Assembly: GCA_024404145.1 (NCBI GenBank)
Contig: JAKSQK010000002.1
Location: forward strand, 168,646 to 232,645
Source of the DNA: Clostridia bacterium
GTDB taxonomy: Bacteria; Bacillota; Clostridia; Oscillospirales; Acutalibacteraceae
DNA: 64,000 nt
Direction of reading: 5' to 3'
The position numbers were made by a program, and so were the translations under genes. Position 1 is the first letter of the stretch; each line of letters starts with the position of its first letter. A model generated the notes under the pieces. That model had not been told where the DNA came from and searched no databases. It saw nothing but the letters and a program-made list of their open reading frames with translations. Below, piece after piece: positions 38,036-48,231 of this stretch.

Positions 38036-39793
38036 ATGTACGAAATTCTCAAAACAGTAGAAAGCCCAAAGGATATAAAACGGCTTACTGTCAACGAGCT
38101 GCGTTTATTGGCAGAAGACATAAGAGAGGGCCTTTTTAACCGTCTTACCAAAATAGGCGGTCATTTCGGGCCTAATTTCGGTATAGTTGAAATAACCATT
38201 GCCCTTCATTATGTTTTCAATTCGCCCGAAGATAAATTTGTTTTCGATGTTTCGCATCAATGTTATCCTCATAAAATGCTTACGGGCAGAAAAAAAGAGT
38301 TTATAATCGACGAATTTTTAGGCACGATTTCGGGATATACCGACCCTGCCGAAAGCGACCACGATATTTTCAAAATCGGCCATACTTCAACCTCGGTTGC
38401 ACTTGCAAACGGTCTTGTTAAGGCAAGGGATATTTTAGGCGGAAAAGAAAATATTATCGCCGTTATCGGCGACGGTTCTCTCTCGGGCGGAGAGGCGCTT
38501 GAAGCCCTTAATGTTGCGGGAAGCGAACTAAACAGCAACCTTATAATAATCGCAAACGATAACGAACAGTCGATTTCCGAAACACACGGCGGTCTTTACA
38601 AAAGCTTAAAAGAGTTAAGAGATACAAAAGGCACCGCCCAAAACAACATTTTCAAAAGTTTCGGACTCGATTATATATACGAGGAAAACGGAAACGATAT
38701 TGCCTCTCTCATTTCTCTTTTTAAGAGGGTTAAAGATATAAAACACCCCATTGTTTTGCATATTAAAACCCAAAAAGGAAAAGGGTATAAATTAGCCGAA
38801 GAAAACAAAGAGGCATGGCATTGGACTCCGCCTTTTGATAAAGAAACGGGCGAAAAAAAGAGCGGTTCTCAAAAAGAGGACTATACCGCAGTTGCCAAAG
38901 ATATTATTATGAAAAAGGCAAAGTCCGACCCCGATTTTTTGGTTATAACCCCTAATATGCCTATGTCTTTCGGGCTCGGTATCAAAGAACGGGAAATTTT
39001 AGGAAAACAGTTTGTCGATGTCGGCATTGCCGAAGAACAGGCGATAGCCCTTGCCTCAGGAGCGGCAAAAAGGGGCGCAAAACCGCTCGTTCTTACAAAT
39101 ATGACCTTTATGCAACGCTCTTATGACCAGATTTCGCACGACCTCTGCCTTAATTCAAACCCCGCCGTAATTTTGCTTAATGCTTGTTCCCCTAATTCGG
39201 TCAGAGATGCTACCCATTCGGGAATTTTCGGTATTCCGATGCTTTCTAATATTCCGAACCTTTTACTCCTTTGCCCGACCTCGAAAAACGAACTTTCGGA
39301 TATGCTTTTATCCGCCATCGACTATAAGGAGAGCCCCGTTGCAATACTTATGCCCTCGAATGCCGTCGATTACCGTGAAAGTTCTTTTTCTTTTGATAAA
39401 ATCGGCTCATTTGTTACCGAACAAAAAGGCGAAAAAGTGGCGCTTATCGGCATCGGCGACTTTTTTGAAAGAGCCGCTTTGCTAAGCAAACTCATAGAAA
39501 AAACTTTCGGATTCAAGCCGACCGTTATAAATCCCCGTTATGCTTCGCATATTGACGGCGAACTGCTTACCAAAACGGCAAAAACCCATAAGATGATTTT
39601 AACCTTTGAGTCGGGCGCAACAGACGGCGGTTTCGGTCAAAAAATTGCCTCGCATTTAGGCGGTCTTGATGTTATTGTAAAGAATTACGGTCTTGGCAAA
39701 AAGTTCTATGACAGGTATTCGCTCGAACAGGTTTTCAAAGAAGAAAAGAGCGATTTTGATTCTATCATAAACTTTATAAAGAATAATATTTAA
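38036..39793 (+). CDS. 1-deoxy-D-xylulose-5-phosphate synthase family protein (short 585-aa paralogue type)
   Basis: Alignable by eye to DXS: GGHFGPNFGIVEITIALHYVF, FDVSHQCYPHKMLTGR, IGHTSTS, and the TPP motif GDGSLSGGEALEALN...NDN. Confidence 0.8.
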   Translation: MYEILKTVESPKDIKRLTVNELRLLAEDIREGLFNRLTKIGGHFGPNFGIVEITIALHYVFNSPEDKFVFDVSHQCYPHKMLTGRKKEFIIDEFLGTISGYTDPAESDHDIFKIGHTSTSVALANGLVKARDILGGKENIIAVIGDGSLSGGEALEALNVAGSELNSNLIIIANDNEQSISETHGGLYKSLKELRDTKGTAQNNIFKSFGLDYIYEENGNDIASLISLFKRVKDIKHPIVLHIKTQKGKGYKLAEENKEAWHWTPPFDKETGEKKSGSQKEDYTAVAKDIIMKKAKSDPDFLVITPNMPMSFGLGIKEREILGKQFVDVGIAEEQAIALASGAAKRGAKPLVLTNMTFMQRSYDQISHDLCLNSNPAVILLNACSPNSVRDATHSGIFGIPMLSNIPNLLLLCPTSKNELSDMLLSAIDYKESPVAILMPSNAVDYRESSFSFDKIGSFVTEQKGEKVALIGIGDFFERAALLSKLIEKTFGFKPTVINPRYASHIDGELLTKTAKTHKMILTFESGATDGGFGQKIASHLGGLDVIVKNYGLGKKFYDRYSLEQVFKEEKSDFDSIINFIKNNI

Positions 39794-39879
39794 TATCGGT
39801 TTGCGCCGTTTGACTCTTGAATAAAAAACACCGGTATGATACAATTTTTTTGCATTATAAAATAAGGAGTTTTTATATT

Positions 39880-41340
39880 TTGATAAACTTTTTATCTTTT
39901 TTATATGAATATAAACCTCTTGTTTTGTTTCTTGCGAGTATAGGCACTTTGATGACCGTTTTTGGGTTTCTTAACAACCCTTATTCGGCGATAGGTTTGT
40001 TTTTTACCCGAAAATTCAAAAAGGCAAAGGCAAATCACAAATATGCCATTCTTATTCCGGCAAGAAACGAAGCGGCGGTTATCGGCAACCTTATTGAAAG
40101 CATAAAACTTCAAGACTATCCGAAAGAACTGCTTACCGTTTTTGTGGTTGCGGACAACTGCACCGACAATACGGCGGAAATTGCCCGAAAAAACGGTGCC
40201 GTTTGCTATGAACACAACAACCCCGCCGAAAGAACAAAGGGGTTTGGTCTTAAATATCTTTTTGAAAGAATAAAGGAAGATTACGGTATAGAAAGCTTTG
40301 AAGGTTATTTTATTTTTGATTCGGATAATCTTCTTAAATCGGATTATATTTCGAGAATGAATGATTCTTTCGATTCGGGCGAAAAGGTTATCTGCTCATA
40401 CCGAAACACAAAAAACTTCTCGGAAAACTGGATTTCGGCGCTTTATGCTCTCCATTGGTTAAGGTCGATAAGGATAAGGCACCGTGCCCGTTCGGTTTTG
40501 CACCTTGCGACAAACATTCAGGGAACGGGTTTTCTCTTTTCGAGCGACCTCGTAAAAGACGGCTGGAAATACACTTCTTTAACCGAAGACCGTGCCTTTA
40601 CCGCCGACCTCGTCGCAAACGGCTATGAAATTTCATATAATAACGATGCCGTTTTTTACGACGAACAGCCGACCTCGCTTCGTGTTTCCGTTCGTCAGCG
40701 TTTCAGATGGTGCAAAGGCCATTTGGAAGCATTTGCCGAAAGCGGACCAAAACTTTTTTTGAATATTTTTATAGACCCCGTTTCAAAGAAAACTTCAACC
40801 TTTTGGAAATACCTCTGCGATACCCTGCGCCATAGACTTATGGCTTTTGATACCCTTAATCAGCTTATTCCGAAATCGGTTATAAACATATTTAAGTGGA
40901 TTTTGCAGGAGCTTATTCTTCATACGGCATTTTTATCGCTAAACGGCGGAACGATAAACTGTTTCGGAAAGTCAACCGCTCTCGGAAAGGCAGTAAATTT
41001 CTTTTTCGGCAGCTGTCCCGTAACGATAAAACCCGGATTAAAGGGATATTTCATAAGTTTTCTGCTTCTTATATGGATTCGGATTTTCTACCGTTTGGGC
41101 ATTTACCTTAAAGATACTCTGATGGCGGTATATATCTTCATAATCGAACATAAAAGAATCCCCTATATTCCCCTGTATAAAAAAATCGGATATTGTTTTT
41201 TATGGCCGCTTTTCGACCTTGCCGACCGTTATCTCAAAATTGCGGCGCTCTTTAAGAGAAAGGTTGAATGGAAGGTTATTCCGCACGAAAGCAAAATCAC
41301 AATAAACGATATTTCCTCAGAAAACAATAGGCATAAATAA
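39880..41340 (+). CDS. processive family-2 glycosyltransferase with N- and C-terminal TM domains
   Basis: GT2 core (ILIPARNE, VADNCTDNT, FDSDN, TEDRAF) and a Q-R-F-R-W motif (VRQRFRWCKG). TTG start at 39880 sits 10 nt after AGGAG. The start is uncertain. Confidence 0.75.
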   Translation: MINFLSFLYEYKPLVLFLASIGTLMTVFGFLNNPYSAIGLFFTRKFKKAKANHKYAILIPARNEAAVIGNLIESIKLQDYPKELLTVFVVADNCTDNTAEIARKNGAVCYEHNNPAERTKGFGLKYLFERIKEDYGIESFEGYFIFDSDNLLKSDYISRMNDSFDSGEKVICSYRNTKNFSENWISALYALHWLRSIRIRHRARSVLHLATNIQGTGFLFSSDLVKDGWKYTSLTEDRAFTADLVANGYEISYNNDAVFYDEQPTSLRVSVRQRFRWCKGHLEAFAESGPKLFLNIFIDPVSKKTSTFWKYLCDTLRHRLMAFDTLNQLIPKSVINIFKWILQELILHTAFLSLNGGTINCFGKSTALGKAVNFFFGSCPVTIKPGLKGYFISFLLLIWIRIFYRLGIYLKDTLMAVYIFIIEHKRIPYIPLYKKIGYCFLWPLFDLADRYLKIAALFKRKVEWKVIPHESKITINDISSENNRHK

Positions 41341-41369
41341 TATTTTCTTCATTTGTTTGCCAAACAAAG

Positions 41370-41406
41370 CGACCGCCATACAGCATAGTATGACGGTCGT
41401 TTTTTT
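41370..41406 (+). terminator. terminator after the GT2 gene, possibly bidirectional
   Basis: CGACCGCCATA ... TATGACGGTCG (one mismatch) followed by TTTTTTT. Confidence 0.75.
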
Positions 41407-41710
41407 ACTCTTTATTTTCTTTTTTATCTTCTGCAAACGGATTTTCGAGGATATTTCCGCCGAATTTTTTTATATAATAATCAATGCTTTTCGGCGCATT
41501 ATTTAGGATAATCTGCTCATAGGTCTGTCCGCTTTGCGCCAAAACATCTTTGGCTATTCCGAACATAAAAAACACAAAAGCAAATCGTTCCTCGCTCAAA
41601 TAAAACTCTATTATTTCGGGATCGTTTCGGCTTTCAAAAAGCGAAATATTAAATGTTCCCACCCTAAAAGATTCTATGGGTTTCAAAGGTTTTATCTTTT
41701 CTATTTTCAT
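41405..41710 (-). CDS. hypothetical 101-aa protein (last gene of the typA-ABC operon)
   Basis: ATG at 41710 preceded by GGAGAAGAAAA. No motif recognised. The ORF-track start at 41788 overlaps the upstream gene. Confidence 0.5.
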   Translation of the reverse strand: MKIEKIKPLKPIESFRVGTFNISLFESRNDPEIIEFYLSEERFAFVFFMFGIAKDVLAQSGQTYEQIILNNAPKSIDYYIKKFGGNILENPFAEDKKENKE

Positions 41711-41723
41711 TTTTCTTCTCCGT

Positions 41724-42212
41724 TTAGGTAAAGGTATTAAGTATTTTAAGACTTGTTTTATCGAGTTTTGTATAGTCGGGAATTTCATAGCGGTTATCGA
41801 GATAGTCCCTTATTAAAACCCGTTTGCCCAAAAAGCGGATATCCTGACGGATTCTGTGGATATGGAAGTGGACATCTCCTTTATCCGTTTCGCAGTACCA
41901 TATAAGCCGACCTCGGTCGGTAAATCTTTTTATTCTTGTTATTTTCGGTATTCTGTAAATATCGTCTAAAAGTTCCGTTACCGCCTTTTCGGAAGCATCG
42001 TCTAAATCTGCCAAATCCTTTATGAGCGCCATTTCCTTTTCGTTGGCATCTACCAAAGCAATATACTGTCTTTTTGCGTTAACGGGGAAAAGCCGACGGG
42101 GCTCTAAACCCTCAAAATCGCCCTCGCCGTTTTTCGATTTAACCGAAACAAGATAAAAGTCTGTTCGGATTATTGAAGCATTTTCTTTTGTTAAAATATT
42201 ATGGTTGGTCAT
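41724..42212 (-). CDS. DUF1854-domain protein
   Basis: The pattern RRLFP ... YIALVD ... IPKITRI ... W.CETD.G ... RVLIRDYLDNRYEIPD ... LD matches my recollection of DUF1854. ATGA overlap with the ABC gene stop. Confidence 0.6.
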   Translation of the reverse strand: MTNHNILTKENASIIRTDFYLVSVKSKNGEGDFEGLEPRRLFPVNAKRQYIALVDANEKEMALIKDLADLDDASEKAVTELLDDIYRIPKITRIKRFTDRGRLIWYCETDKGDVHFHIHRIRQDIRFLGKRVLIRDYLDNRYEIPDYTKLDKTSLKILNTFT

Positions 42213-44479
42213 TCTTCTTCCCCCATAATCTCCGAAATATCCGCCGAGGCGCTTGTTTTATCGAGTTTTTGGATATTTACAAGTCGGTAGTATTTGCCTT
42301 TGGCTTCAAGAAGTTCCTGCGGTGTTCCGCACTCTATTATCCGCCCTTTATCGACAACAACTATCTTGTTGGCTTTTGAAAGGGTTGAAAGTCGGTGCGC
42401 TATCATAATTGTTGTTCTTCCGCTGATAAGATTTTCTATCGCCTTTTGGATAAGATGTTCCGTTTCGGAGTCAACCGAAGCGGTGGCTTCATCGAAAACT
42501 AATATTTTCGGGTCTCTGAGTACCGCTCTTGCTATCGAAATTCTCTGCCTTTCACCGCCCGAAAGACCGACACCCCTTTCGCCGATTATCGAATCGTAAC
42601 CGTTCGGCTGTCTTATGATAAACTCATGCGCATTTGCAATATCGGCGGCGGCTATAACCTGCTCGGTTGTATAATTTCCCTTTCCGTAGGCGATATTGTT
42701 GTAAATCGTATCGAAAAACATCTGCGGTTCCTGTTGAACATAACCGATGCTTGAACGGTAATAATCGAGGTCTACTGTTTTTATATCCTTACCGTCAACA
42801 AGAATTGTACCGTCATACTGCGTATAATACCTTAAAAACAGGTTTATAAGCGTAGATTTGCCCGAGCCCGTCGCTCCGACAATGCCTACTATATCGCCCG
42901 ACTCTATTTTTAGGTTTATGTTTTTTAACACCTGCTTTGAGCGGTCAAAGGAAAACGAAACATCTTTGAATTCTATCGTTCCCGACATATCGGCATCTTT
43001 GTTGCCTTTGCCGAAATCCTCCTCCGGCTCGGCATCTATTATATCCATAAGCCGTTCGGCGGAGTTCTTTGCGTTTTGGGTTGTATCCGAAAAGTTGGCA
43101 AAAAAGTTTACGGGATTATAAAACATCGAAGCATATGATATAAAGGAAACCAAAAGGCCTATGGTAGGGGCGCCTTCGTTTCCCGAAATAACGGCATTTC
43201 CGCCTATCGCCCAGATTAAAATACTGCCGAGCGAAATAAGGGCGCCAACGGTATTTGAATAAAGGTTTATTATTCTTCCCGCCTTATAATCGGCATCTTG
43301 CCAGTCGTCAACCTTTTCGGCGAAATTTTCTGCCGACCGTTTTTCGCTCGCAAAGGATTTTATAACCCTTATTCCCGGAAGATTATCGGTTAAAACCGAA
43401 CTTACGGCGGTGTTTCTGAGCCAAATTCTTCTGTAACAGGGCGCTATTTTTTTCCTGAAAATTCGGGAGCCGATAACTATAAGCGGTATCGGGCAAAGCG
43501 AAATAAGCGTCAGTTTCCAATTCATCGCCATCATAACAACTATTATTCCCACAAGAGTAAAAAGCTGAACTACAACCTCTTGCGAAACCCTTATCATAAA
43601 ACCGTTTAGATTTGCAGTATCGCCGTTTATTCGGTTGATAACCGCTCCCGTAGAGGTTTTATCGTAAAAGCGCATCGGCAAATGGGTTGCCTTTTCGTAA
43701 ACATCCTTTCTTATTCTGCCAAGCATTTTGTTGCCGGTTTTTCTTAAAAGATTTGCTCTTATAAGTCCTATGCCGTGTTCTGCTATTCTGATAACAAGAA
43801 GCGCTACGGCGATAATTATAAGCAAATCCGTTCTCTTATTGGGGATAATATTATCCACAAGTTCTTTTGTTAAAATCGGGGTGGTAAGAACCGCCGCCGT
43901 TGTTATAACCGACAAAAAAACAGAGAAGACAAGCGGTATCGTTTCGGGTTTTACATACTTATAGAAGTTATAAAGCATACCGTGATTTCGGTCGCAATGT
44001 TCGCATTTTGCGCCGTAATTACCAAGCGCTCTTCCGCATTTCGGGCAAACCGATAAATACTTTTTGAAGTAAAACTCTATCGTATCCGATGCATCTTGCA
44101 AGTCCGCTCCGCCGATAATATCGTTGAAAAAACCGACTACCGCATCGCAAAGGCGGACAATGGAAAACGAAAAACGGAAAATGTTTTTCGTCTTTTTATC
44201 GGGCAAAACCGCTCTTATCATTCCGTTGCCGTACATTCTCTTGTTGTAAAACTTTTCGGCATCAGAATAGAAAAATTTTTCGCCCTCGGTTTTTGTTTCA
44301 AAATCGAAAATCGAGAGATGATCTTTACGGCAAACAAGGGCATTTTTTTGATATTTTCCGTTCATTCCGACATCGCTTAACACAACAAAAATAATGGGAT
44401 TATCTTGGCTGTTAAGTGATAGAATTTCTTCTCTGTCTTCTTCGCAAAGTTTATCGTTTATCAAAAACGGAAGTTCCAT
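42209..44479 (-). CDS. fused ABC exporter (TMD-NBD) with about 170-aa N-terminal zinc-ribbon extension
   Basis: Walker A GATGSGKST, signature LSGGERQRISIARA, Walker B ILVFDEATS, six TM helices. The N-terminal extension contains CPKCGRALGNYGAKCEHCD. Confidence 0.85.
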   Translation of the reverse strand: MELPFLINDKLCEEDREEILSLNSQDNPIIFVVLSDVGMNGKYQKNALVCRKDHLSIFDFETKTEGEKFFYSDAEKFYNKRMYGNGMIRAVLPDKKTKNIFRFSFSIVRLCDAVVGFFNDIIGGADLQDASDTIEFYFKKYLSVCPKCGRALGNYGAKCEHCDRNHGMLYNFYKYVKPETIPLVFSVFLSVITTAAVLTTPILTKELVDNIIPNKRTDLLIIIAVALLVIRIAEHGIGLIRANLLRKTGNKMLGRIRKDVYEKATHLPMRFYDKTSTGAVINRINGDTANLNGFMIRVSQEVVVQLFTLVGIIVVMMAMNWKLTLISLCPIPLIVIGSRIFRKKIAPCYRRIWLRNTAVSSVLTDNLPGIRVIKSFASEKRSAENFAEKVDDWQDADYKAGRIINLYSNTVGALISLGSILIWAIGGNAVISGNEGAPTIGLLVSFISYASMFYNPVNFFANFSDTTQNAKNSAERLMDIIDAEPEEDFGKGNKDADMSGTIEFKDVSFSFDRSKQVLKNINLKIESGDIVGIVGATGSGKSTLINLFLRYYTQYDGTILVDGKDIKTVDLDYYRSSIGYVQQEPQMFFDTIYNNIAYGKGNYTTEQVIAAADIANAHEFIIRQPNGYDSIIGERGVGLSGGERQRISIARAVLRDPKILVFDEATASVDSETEHLIQKAIENLISGRTTIMIAHRLSTLSKANKIVVVDKGRIIECGTPQELLEAKGKYYRLVNIQKLDKTSASADISEIMGEEE

Positions 44480-44491
44480 TTTTTTGCCCTC

Positions 44492-45364
44492 CTATTCGTT
44501 AAAAAAGGCAGGAATATACCTTTTGTCTGCACTTGAAAGTTCTTGGATAAAGCACTTTTCAAAACCGCTTTCGGTTATATGATTTACCACCTTTTCGTAT
44601 TCTCTTTTGGTAACTTTTCTGTTGATTTCGGGATAATTTTCAAGGTTTTTTACAGGGGTAAACTGCCCCATCATACTAAAATAAATATTCTTGAAATTAT
44701 TTGTTAAGGTATCAAAAATCTTTATTGCCTCGTTTGTTGCAAGTGGCATTAAAAGATGCCTTACGATAACACCTTTTTTCATAATGCCTCTGTCATCAAA
44801 AACGCATTCGGGCTGTTTTTTACTAGCATAAGCGACGGCTTTAAGCGCCCGTTCGGGATAGTCTTCGGCAAAAGAATATTTTTTTGCCCTATCGTTCGAT
44901 AAATACTTAAAATCAAGCAGATAAATGTCGATAAAATCCTCTAATATTTCCAATTGGTCTTTTGTAACATATCCGCCCGAATTAAAAACTATCGGGATTT
45001 TCGGCCGATATATTAAAAGCGCCTGTCTTATTTCGTTTACATAGTGGTCGGGCGTTACAAGGTTAATGTTTTCTGCGCCCTTTTGCTCTAATTCCTTAAA
45101 AATTTCGGCAAGGTCTCTTACCGTTACGGTCTTCCCCTCGCAGTTATGGCTTACCGCAAAATTCTGACAGTAAACGCAGGAAAGCGAACAACCCGAAAAG
45201 AATACGGCGCCCGAGCCGTTGTTTCCGCTTATGGGCGGTTCTTCCCAAAAATGAAGGTCTGCTCTCGCAATTTTTACCGCCGTCGGAGCTTTACAAAAAC
45301 CGCCGTTGTTTCCTTCGGTGGTTCTTTCTGCATTACACCTTCTCGGACAAAGACTGCATTTCAT
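44492..45364 (-). CDS. radical SAM protein, PflX-like (activase-related) family
   Basis: CSLSCVYCQN CxxxCxxC motif plus N-terminal CSLCPRRC...C cluster cysteines, 290 aa. Confidence 0.7.
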   Translation of the reverse strand: MKCSLCPRRCNAERTTEGNNGGFCKAPTAVKIARADLHFWEEPPISGNNGSGAVFFSGCSLSCVYCQNFAVSHNCEGKTVTVRDLAEIFKELEQKGAENINLVTPDHYVNEIRQALLIYRPKIPIVFNSGGYVTKDQLEILEDFIDIYLLDFKYLSNDRAKKYSFAEDYPERALKAVAYASKKQPECVFDDRGIMKKGVIVRHLLMPLATNEAIKIFDTLTNNFKNIYFSMMGQFTPVKNLENYPEINRKVTKREYEKVVNHITESGFEKCFIQELSSADKRYIPAFFNE

Positions 45365-46244
45365 TATGCTTTTCTCCCATCGGTAAACCTTTATGCTTTT
45401 TCTTATAATCGCTAAGCCGTTTTTTTACCGTTACCGCATCAAAAGTTTTCTTAAACGATATTCTTCCCATATAGTTTTTCTTGCAGTTTTCGCAGTAAAA
45501 AACAGCAAAAAAATTGTTGTTTCTAAACTTCCATTTTGTTTTTCTTGTCAATTTCCGATTACAGCCGCCGCAAGAAAAGTCGAGTTGTTTTTTGTCGATT
45601 TCGGTATCGTCAATATCGCTTAAAAAGTAGGGTTTATAGGATATTCTCTCGAAAATCTTATCCTTTGAAACATCCTTAACAAGCGCCTCAAAGCGCTTTT
45701 TGTTATATAGTTTTTTAAGCATAAATGCGCAAACGGTACAGTCGTCCTTTGCGGTATGCATATCAAATCCCTCGGTTTCTATGCCGAGGCGGTTTGCGGC
45801 ATCGCTTAAAGATATCTGATTTTTAATTTCCTCGCCGTTTCGGCGCATTTCGTTTTGAATAAACGACTGCAAATCGAGGTATTTTTCAATTTTGAAACGA
45901 ACGCCGTCAAGAAGTGTTTTTTCGTTTTCGTAAACGGTATAGAGGTCGGAGTTGCTCCAAGTCATTGTAACAACATCGTCGCCGAGCCACTCGTTATACT
46001 GTTCTACGGCTTTTAAGAGCGGTGTTCCCGCTTTTATATCGCTGCTGTTTATACCCGTAAGCTCAGAAAACCGCTTGGAAACACCGTTTGAAATTGCGGA
46101 CTTAACCGTAACTTCAAAACTGTCGGCTATTTCGAGATTTTCATCTAATTTTACGGCGCCTATCTGCAAAATCTGATTAACAAATCGCTTTTCGGGTACA
46201 AAGTAGGCGCTGTCCCATTCGAGGTCTAAAATCACATATTTCAT
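45333..46244 (-). CDS. DEDDh 3'-5' exonuclease with C-terminal zinc-ribbon domain
   Basis: Exo I motif ILDLEWD, Exo III motif HTAKDDC. C-terminal CGGCNRKL...CENCKK. Confidence 0.7.
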   Translation of the reverse strand: MKYVILDLEWDSAYFVPEKRFVNQILQIGAVKLDENLEIADSFEVTVKSAISNGVSKRFSELTGINSSDIKAGTPLLKAVEQYNEWLGDDVVTMTWSNSDLYTVYENEKTLLDGVRFKIEKYLDLQSFIQNEMRRNGEEIKNQISLSDAANRLGIETEGFDMHTAKDDCTVCAFMLKKLYNKKRFEALVKDVSKDKIFERISYKPYFLSDIDDTEIDKKQLDFSCGGCNRKLTRKTKWKFRNNNFFAVFYCENCKKNYMGRISFKKTFDAVTVKKRLSDYKKKHKGLPMGEKHNEMQSLSEKV

Positions 46245-48073
46245 TACTTATTCTTCGCTTCAAATTTCATTCTTTGCTCTTTGCCGAGTATTCTTTTTCT
46301 TAAACGGATATTATTCGGCGTTATTTCAACAAGTTCGTCGTCTTTTATAAATTCAAGCGACTGTTCGAGCGAAAGAACCGAATGCGGAACAAGGCGAAGC
46401 GCATCGTCCGAGCCGGACGCTCTTGTATTTGTCATCTGCTTTTTCTTGCAAACATTACAAACGATATCCTCATTTTTCGGATTTTCGCCAACTATCATTC
46501 CCTCGTAAACCGGTGTTCCCGGACCGATAAACAACCTGCCTCTCGACTGGGTATTGAAAAGTCCGTAACCCGTTGATTCGCCCGTTTCGTGAACGATAAT
46601 CGAGCCGGTGTTGCGCTGGTCAATTTCGCCCTTAAACGGCTCATAGCCGTTAAAAATATGATTCATTATGCCGTTGCCGTTTGTATCGGTCATAAACTGC
46701 GAACGGTAGCCCAAAAGGCCTCGAGCGGGAATAACAAATTCAAGATGCGAAGTTCCGCCCTCTCTCGTTCCCATATTTTTAATTTCGGCATGTCGGGAGC
46801 CAAGTCGCTCCATTACCGCACCGACATATTCTTCGGGAACCTCTATCATAAGAAGCTCCATCGGCTCTAAAAGTTTGCCGTTTTCGTCTTTTTTATAAAT
46901 AACGGTAGGCGGAGAAACCTGAAATTCATAGCCCTGCCTTCTCATCGTTTCTATCAAAATCGAAAGGTGAAGTTCGCCTCTGCCTGAAACCTTAAATGTA
47001 TCGGCGCTCTCGGTTTCTTCAACCCTTAAACTTACATTGGTCATAACCTCTTTGAAAAGGCGCTCCCGTAAATTTCTCGATGTTACAAACTTTCCGTCTT
47101 TTCCGGCGAAAGGAGAGTTGTTAACCATAAAATTCATAGAAAGAGTCGGCTCGTCTATCTTAACGAACGGAAGCGGCTCAACGGTATTTATATCACAAGC
47201 CGTTTCGCCTATTTCAAGTTCGGTTATGCCCGAAACCTGAACTATATCGCCGATTTTGGCGCTTTCAACCTCAACCCTTTTCAACCCTTCAAACATATAA
47301 ATATTTGCGATTTTAACATTTGAAGAGGTGCCGTCTTTATGGCATAATGCGACTGTTTGCCCTTTGCTGACGCTGCCCCTTACAACCCTGCCGACACCAA
47401 TTCTGCCGACATATTCATCGTATTCAATGTTTGAAAAAAGGAGTTGAAGCGGCGCTTCTTCGTCGCCCGTAGGCGGTTCGATTTCCTTAACTATTTGCTC
47501 AAAAAGCGGTTTCATATCGGTTCCCTTTATATCGGGCGAATATGAAGCATAGCCGTCTCTTGCCGAGGCAAAAACAACGGGGAATTCTATCTGGTCATCG
47601 TCGGCGCCGAGTTCGATAAACAAATCAAGAACTTCGTCGACAACCTCGTGAGGTCTTGCCATCGGGCGGTCGATTTTATTGATTACAACAACCGCTTTTT
47701 TGCCGAGCGCCAATGCTTTTTTGAGAACAAATCTTGTTTGCGGCATACAGCCCTCAAAGGCATCAACAAGCAGTAAAACGCCGTCAACCATCTGCAAAAT
47801 GCGCTCAACCTCTCCGCCGAAATCAGCGTGTCCCGGAGTGTCGATAATGTTTATTTTAACATCGCCGTATTTAACGCTCGTGTTTTTAGAAAGGATAGTT
47901 ATGCCCCTCTCTCTTTCGAGGTCGTTAGAGTCCATAACCCTCTCGTTTACCGCCTCGTTATCACGGAATGTTCCGCTCTGCTTCAAAAGTTGGTCAACAA
48001 GCGTTGTTTTGCCATGGTCAACATGGGCGATTATGGCGATATTTCTCAAATTTTCAATTCTTTTTTCTGACAT
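46244..48073 (-). CDS. typA: translational GTPase TypA/BipA
   Basis: [39 protein letters not shown], 609 aa. Confidence 0.95.
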   Translation of the reverse strand: MSEKRIENLRNIAIIAHVDHGKTTLVDQLLKQSGTFRDNEAVNERVMDSNDLERERGITILSKNTSVKYGDVKINIIDTPGHADFGGEVERILQMVDGVLLLVDAFEGCMPQTRFVLKKALALGKKAVVVINKIDRPMARPHEVVDEVLDLFIELGADDDQIEFPVVFASARDGYASYSPDIKGTDMKPLFEQIVKEIEPPTGDEEAPLQLLFSNIEYDEYVGRIGVGRVVRGSVSKGQTVALCHKDGTSSNVKIANIYMFEGLKRVEVESAKIGDIVQVSGITELEIGETACDINTVEPLPFVKIDEPTLSMNFMVNNSPFAGKDGKFVTSRNLRERLFKEVMTNVSLRVEETESADTFKVSGRGELHLSILIETMRRQGYEFQVSPPTVIYKKDENGKLLEPMELLMIEVPEEYVGAVMERLGSRHAEIKNMGTREGGTSHLEFVIPARGLLGYRSQFMTDTNGNGIMNHIFNGYEPFKGEIDQRNTGSIIVHETGESTGYGLFNTQSRGRLFIGPGTPVYEGMIVGENPKNEDIVCNVCKKKQMTNTRASGSDDALRLVPHSVLSLEQSLEFIKDDELVEITPNNIRLRKRILGKEQRMKFEAKNK

Positions 48074-48113
48074 TAAAATTCTTCCCTTAAAACAATAGTT
48101 CTTTAACCTGATA

Positions 48114-48142
48114 ATTATAAATCTTTAATGCCGATTTGTCAA
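48114..48142 (-). promoter_or_regulatory. perfect-consensus sigma-A promoter of typA
   Basis: Minus strand: TTGACA (48142-37), 17 nt, TATAAT (48119-14). Confidence 0.8.
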
Positions 48143-48175
48143 TTTTTTAATAGATAAAAATCGGTATTTTTGCAA

Positions 48176-48220
48176 ACAAAAAAACGGTTTGCGGAAAATT
48201 TTCCGCAAACCGTTTTTTGT
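48176..48220. terminator. palindromic bidirectional terminator
   Basis: ACGGTTTGCGGAAAA/TTTTCCGCAAACCGT, a 15-bp stem flanked by A-run and T-run. Lies 12 nt after the stop of the 48232..48648 gene. Confidence 0.85.
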
Positions 48221-48231
48221 TTATTGTTTCA

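Noticed and set aside
37837-38151. 104-aa minus-strand ORF spanning the hairpin region and the DXS-like start
   Set aside because: It has no RBS, overlaps the promoter and 5' end of a well-supported gene, and its sequence is dictated by the palindromic hairpins.
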